From assembly GCA_951406725.2 (NCBI GenBank), contig OX597818.1, positions 110,236,001 to 110,300,000 on the forward strand: a stretch of 64,000 nt of DNA, in the 5' to 3' direction. The notes beneath the pieces are model-generated. The model ran no database searches. It worked only from the letters and a program-made list of their open reading frames with translations, and had not been told where the DNA came from. This stretch comes from Octopus vulgaris. Lineage: Eukaryota. How positions within the stretch are numbered: position 1 is the first letter of the stretch; every line of letters starts with the position of its first letter. The position numbers and the translations under genes were made by a program. Shown piece by piece: positions 59,223-64,000 of this stretch.

Positions 59223-59608
59223 GTGGAGGCACAATGGCCCAGTAGTTAGGGCAGCGGACTCGCGGTCGGAGGATCGCGATTTCGATTCCCAGACCAGGCA
59301 TTGTGTGTGTTTATTCAGCGAAAACACCTAAAGCTCCACGATGCTCCGGCAGGGGGTGGTGGTGACCCCTGTTGTACTCTTTCACTCCAACTTTCTCTCA
59401 CTCTTTCTTCCTGTTTCTTGTCCCCGACTTCCTACGCAACCGCTGAGCCTGGATGCGCATTCATTCATCGGTCGATGCTCTCGGTGTCGGGGGTTGACCT
59501 GCTTTCTCTTCTGCAGGTCTTACGAATAGCAAAGTACCACGTTTCGGACTTCTCCCAATCCTGAGGCGCGATCTTGCGAGCTCTGGGACGAAGACCGCTT
59601 CGCTCAAC
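59223..59608 (+). mobile_element. SINE family C head with an alternative GC-rich 3' module
   Basis: Family C head to about 59420, then a module that recurs at about 60090-60297; ends in (AAAC)n. Confidence 0.75.
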
Positions 59609-60003
59609 AAACAAACAAACAAAAAAACAAACAAACCAGCAATGACAGCCCCAACAGTCCCATGGACTGGAGGGTTGTGAGCTGCCTAACGTAGAGGGCA
59701 TCGTCTGCCAGGGTTAGTAGGGAATCGCCAACAAATGGTGGATGCAGCGACGCGCTGTTGGAGCTCATGTCGCCATACTATAACTACTACTGAAGCCAAA
59801 CTGTACAGGTATGTATAAATACACTAAACGTATATTGATATGTATGTTTACATTTAGAAATGGATATCTAAGTTGATTTTGGAAGACGAGTCTGTATAAT
59901 ACATACAAAGATACACAAATACACAGCAAATAAGCGTATACATACACGCACAAACTAACATGAAATATATATGTTGGTGTGAATGATGAGCTAGCAGAAT
60001 CAC

Positions 60004-60480
60004 TCCACGAGGCTCCGGCAGGGGGCGGGGGGCGACCCCTGTTGTACTCTTTCGTTCCAACGTTCTCTCACTCTTTCTTCCTGTTTCTTGTCGTCGACTT
60101 CCTACGCAACCACTGAGCCTGAATGCGCATTCATCCATCCGGCGATGCTCTCGGTGTCGGGGGTTGACCTGCTTTCTCTTCTGCGGGTCTTACGAATAGC
60201 AAAGTACCACGTTTCAACCTCTCCCAATCCTGAGCCTGGATGCGCATTCATCCATCCGTCGATGCTCTTGGTATCGGGGGTTGACCTGCTTTCTCGCCGG
60301 GAAAAATGCTTAGTGGCATTTTGTCCGTTTTCGCGTTCGGAGTTCAAATTCCGCTGCTTTTGACTTGGCCTTTCATCTTTTCGGAGTCGATAAACTAAGT
60401 ACCATTTGAATATTGGGGTTAATGTAATCGCCTAATCCCATCTCCTGAAATTGCTGGCTTTGTACCAAAATCTGAAACCA
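60004..60480 (+). mobile_element. Partial copy of the C-variant SINE fused to family B
   Basis: 60004-60297 repeats the 59335-59563 module with an internal duplication; 60298-60480 is family B. Confidence 0.7.
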
Positions 60481-60767
60481 TTGCTGCAATATGGACATTA
60501 AATCTTAAAGTGAAACTATTTGTTTCATCAAAGCGTAACGTTTATGCTAATTAAACCCGTGATCCATTAGTCTCCTTCATTTTTCGATGCCCACCCAGAA
60601 ACAATAGATTCAGCTTTAAGAATCAACACATAAAGGATGTGTAATATGGCCTGCATCACGATGTCTGAGGTGCAACGGCATAATCGAATTAGCAGTCGTT
60701 ATATGAACACCGACTATGCATCTATCAAAAGATAGTAATTTGCATATATGTGCATATATATATATAT

Positions 60768-60814
<47 letters not shown>

Positions 60815-60818
<4 letters not shown>

Positions 60819-61187
60819 GAATAAACAAAATGAAACACAAGACGAAGACGGGTGTATAGACAACAAACAGCTGTATTAGTTTAACGTCCGGGAAGTGAGA
60901 AAGTCTTTAACTTTTTGAGCCTACGCTCTTCGACAGAAAAAACACAGAAATAAACAAGAAGAGAAAACAGAAAAAAGTTTAGAGGTTAGCGATCTATCAT
61001 GGCGAATGCCGGAGAGGGGTGTCACGCAGGAGAGGTAGGAAGAAGGGGAGATAATAAAGTAGTGGCGATCCCAAAACGAAGGTGGACGTGCGTATGTGTG
61101 TGTGTAAATACAAATCATATATAGCCAGCTTGAACTCGGTAGCATGTAGATCGAACCCTTTCTTCACAAATGCTTTTCTATACGTTT

Positions 61188-61190
<3 letters not shown>
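60815..61190 (-). mobile_element. PLE-like tail family F, longest copy, decayed hammerhead
   Basis: Minus strand CTGTCGA-A-GAGC(GTAG)GCTC-AAAAAG-TT; (TA)n on both sides. Confidence 0.65.
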
Positions 61191-61242
<52 letters not shown>

Positions 61243-61449
61243 CATATATATATATAGCGTTCTGTCTATCGTATACGAATCCATCATTTTTTGCTAAAAT
61301 GTCGTATTGACAAGTTTGTTTTTCACTTTCGAAGAAGATTGCATTGTTTATACCTTTATTCTTTGAATAAGTACGGGAATTTTGAAACATATGTAGAAAG
61401 AAAAATATTGTTTAAACCTGCGTGTGCGTGTGTGTGTATGTGTGTATTG

Positions 61450-61749
61450 AGTCATTAGTGTGCGGCCACGCTGGGGCACTGCCTTGAAGAAATTTAATCG
61501 AACGAACCGGTCCCAGTACTTACCTGGTTATTCTATTGCTCATTTTTACCGAACCGTCACTTTACAGGGACAGAATCACACCACACCAATTCTCAAGCGA
61601 TATGTGTGGCGGTGGGAGAGGGACAATTACAGATGCAGAAAGACACGTAGGAGGCTTTGGTCGGCCAAGATGTCGCGCAGTGGGAATGAACCCGGAACCA
61701 TGTGGCTGAGAAGGAAACTTCTTACCACAGAGCCACAGAGCCACGCCTG
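61450..61749 (-). mobile_element. SINE family A, decayed
   Basis: GAACCCGGAACCATGTGG..CTTACCACA..GCCAC. Confidence 0.75.
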
Positions 61750-62482
61750 CACGTATATACATATATACATCCATATGCGTGTTTGTGTCTGTGTGTGTGC
61801 GTGTGTGTGTGTGCGCGGGTGTATGTGTGTGAAATATTTAAGTAGATAGATACATAAGTGTATATGCATATATATCGAGATAAACACACACTCACCCACG
61901 CACGGAGCTATGACGTCTATAAAGAAACTCAAGACGTAAGAGAGAAGAGACAAAAGATCCGAGAGTAAATGAAGGAAAAAAAAAGATGAGAGACAAACAA
62001 AGGGTTGTCCTAAATCAGATTTGCTTGGTTTCTATATTTTTGCGAGAAGACACAAAATTCCTGTCGAAACAAATTTAAAATTTCCTATTTCTAAAATTTA
62101 TTTTTATAAATAGAAAATTGCTTTCCATCTTATTTTCACATCATTGTTTCTGATGTTCTGGCTTATCGCTAACACATCACCAATTTGGATTTATATATGA
62201 ATATCATACATACATACATACATATATATATATATATAAACATATAAGTGTACGTATATATATACGCATACAATTCTATATATATATATCATATATACAT
62301 ACAGGTACATGTATGTAATTATATAAATATACAGTATATATGTATATATATATATATATATATACACGTGTGTGTGTTTGTGTGTATCTTTAAATATGAA
62401 TATTTACATATATACATATGTAAGTATTGATATATATATATATATTTGTGTGTATACGTATGTATAGATATGTATATATATG

Positions 62483-62676
62483 AATAAATATTTTGTTAAT
62501 GATGGTAACCTTCATAAGCTGTTACTTAGAGTTTTCACGTAAACGATTGATGGAATTTTACATCATGAAGAGAACTTTGTGTCTTTCCCTACAATTTTGT
62601 CTGATGATCGGTTACGTGAAACTCTGATTATCAGTTTGTGAAGTCTTTTAGCTTTCATGAATTATAATATTTTACT
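62483..62676 (+). mobile_element. Decayed inverted-arm element with hammerhead remnant (62598-62633)
   Basis: TGT-CTGATGA-TCG(GTTA)CGT-GAAA-CTC-T-GAT-TA; imperfect inverted copy at about 62483-62552. Confidence 0.5.
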
Positions 62677-62952
62677 CTACCTTATTGCACCTATGTGCTC
62701 TCCCTCCCTAACACACACACACGCGCATACACACAAACGCACTTACACGCGCAGAGAAACTTAAATAGAGAAACAGACAGATAGACGTATATAAATATAT
62801 GCATATATATATAAACATATGTATGTTTACTTATGTACATATATATATATATAGGTACATATATGTATAGTTATGTACATATATCTTTGTGTGTGTAGTG
62901 TGTGAGTGTGTAAATTTTTGCATGTAAATGTATATATAGACACACATACACA

Positions 62953-63001
<49 letters not shown>

Positions 63002-63132
63002 GATTGGTTTCATTGCCCACAAGAGAAATTCAGCAATTTGGCCAGGCAACGTGTGCTATAAGCACCGACCTAATATGCATAGTCGCCGGAGAAATTTACA
63101 AGGCAGGTCATTGAATACATTATCGCCGCAGC

Positions 63133-63168
<36 letters not shown>

Positions 63169-63479
63169 GTTAGTATGTTCTCGCCTGGATATTTTCTCTG
63201 TAACACGCAATTAAGGTAAATTAAGATGTTCTCTGTTCAGTTTATGTCTTGTATTATCCATACATAAATCTCCCTAAGGAGTTCTTCTCGAATTAAACAC
63301 TTAATGATTTCTTGTAAACCCCAGCAGGTGGTCTTATAGCCTTGGTTGGAAAACCACTCATCGCGGTGTATTTCTTCAATTTGAATGCCATTCATATATA
63401 CATGACCACATACACATATATAGCTATACATATCCTTATGTATATATATATATATATATATATATGCATATATATATAC

Positions 63480-63526
<47 letters not shown>

Positions 63527-64000
63527 GAGATAGATAGATACATGTATACACATACATATATATATATATACATATATATTTTAACATGTATACACTAACA
63601 TACATATATATATATATATATACATAGATACGTAAATATGTATATATGTGCATCTGTATAGGTATTTATATATCCATACATATATAGATATACATACATA
63701 CATACATATACATACGTATATATATTTATATGTACATATATACATACAATACTTATGCAGATACATACACAGCTGTATGTATATATAAATATATACAGAT
63801 ATACATAAATACACACAAGGAGAAGATACGTCCATACAGTCTCTCACATATATGCATATACATACATGAGTACATGAATACCTACATATATACGTGCATA
63901 CAAATATACATTCTTGCACATATGCACACACAGAAATCCATTTGTCTGTAATGCTGGAGAAACTACAGGATGGTGGAGAAAGAGGAAAGTGTGTGCGAGA

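Noticed and set aside
59223-59295. tRNA genes at SINE heads
   Set aside because: No full cloverleaf; they continue into SINE bodies.
59420-59540. HDV-like ribozyme in the SINE module
   Set aside because: No P2 partner or canonical L3 and J1/4.
63325-63375. Minus-strand GCGATGA-GTGG(TTTT)CCA hammerhead remnant
   Set aside because: GAAA and stem I missing; too decayed to call.

Overview
AT-rich, microsatellite-saturated eukaryotic DNA. The SINE families look like those of Octopus (inferred from recall, not verified). I found no host protein-coding exon; nearly all ORF-track entries are translated microsatellites or SINEs, so the window is probably intronic or intergenic. It holds several tRNA-derived SINE families, a young 5'-truncated L1/Tx1 LINE inside (GATA)n, decayed RTE, R4/Dong and Penelope-like (PLE) fragments, and remnants of Tc1/mariner, Chapaev/Transib-like, piggyBac, hAT and Helitron elements. 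The main hidden signal is about 15 type I hammerhead-ribozyme (HHR)-like motifs, from intact to decayed, in small elements mostly anchored in (TA)n. Best cases: (i) a retrozyme-like element at 38207-39093 with two identical 326-bp repeats, each carrying a GUC-cleaving HHR, predicting a structured 561-nt monomer or circular RNA; (ii) a tRNA-promoter-headed HHR element with an inverted arm and an 11-bp TSD at 41718-42351; (iii) a repeat family whose copies share a CUGUnGA (A6U) core. All pairings were read by eye and ribozyme activity is untested. Repeat boundaries are approximate.
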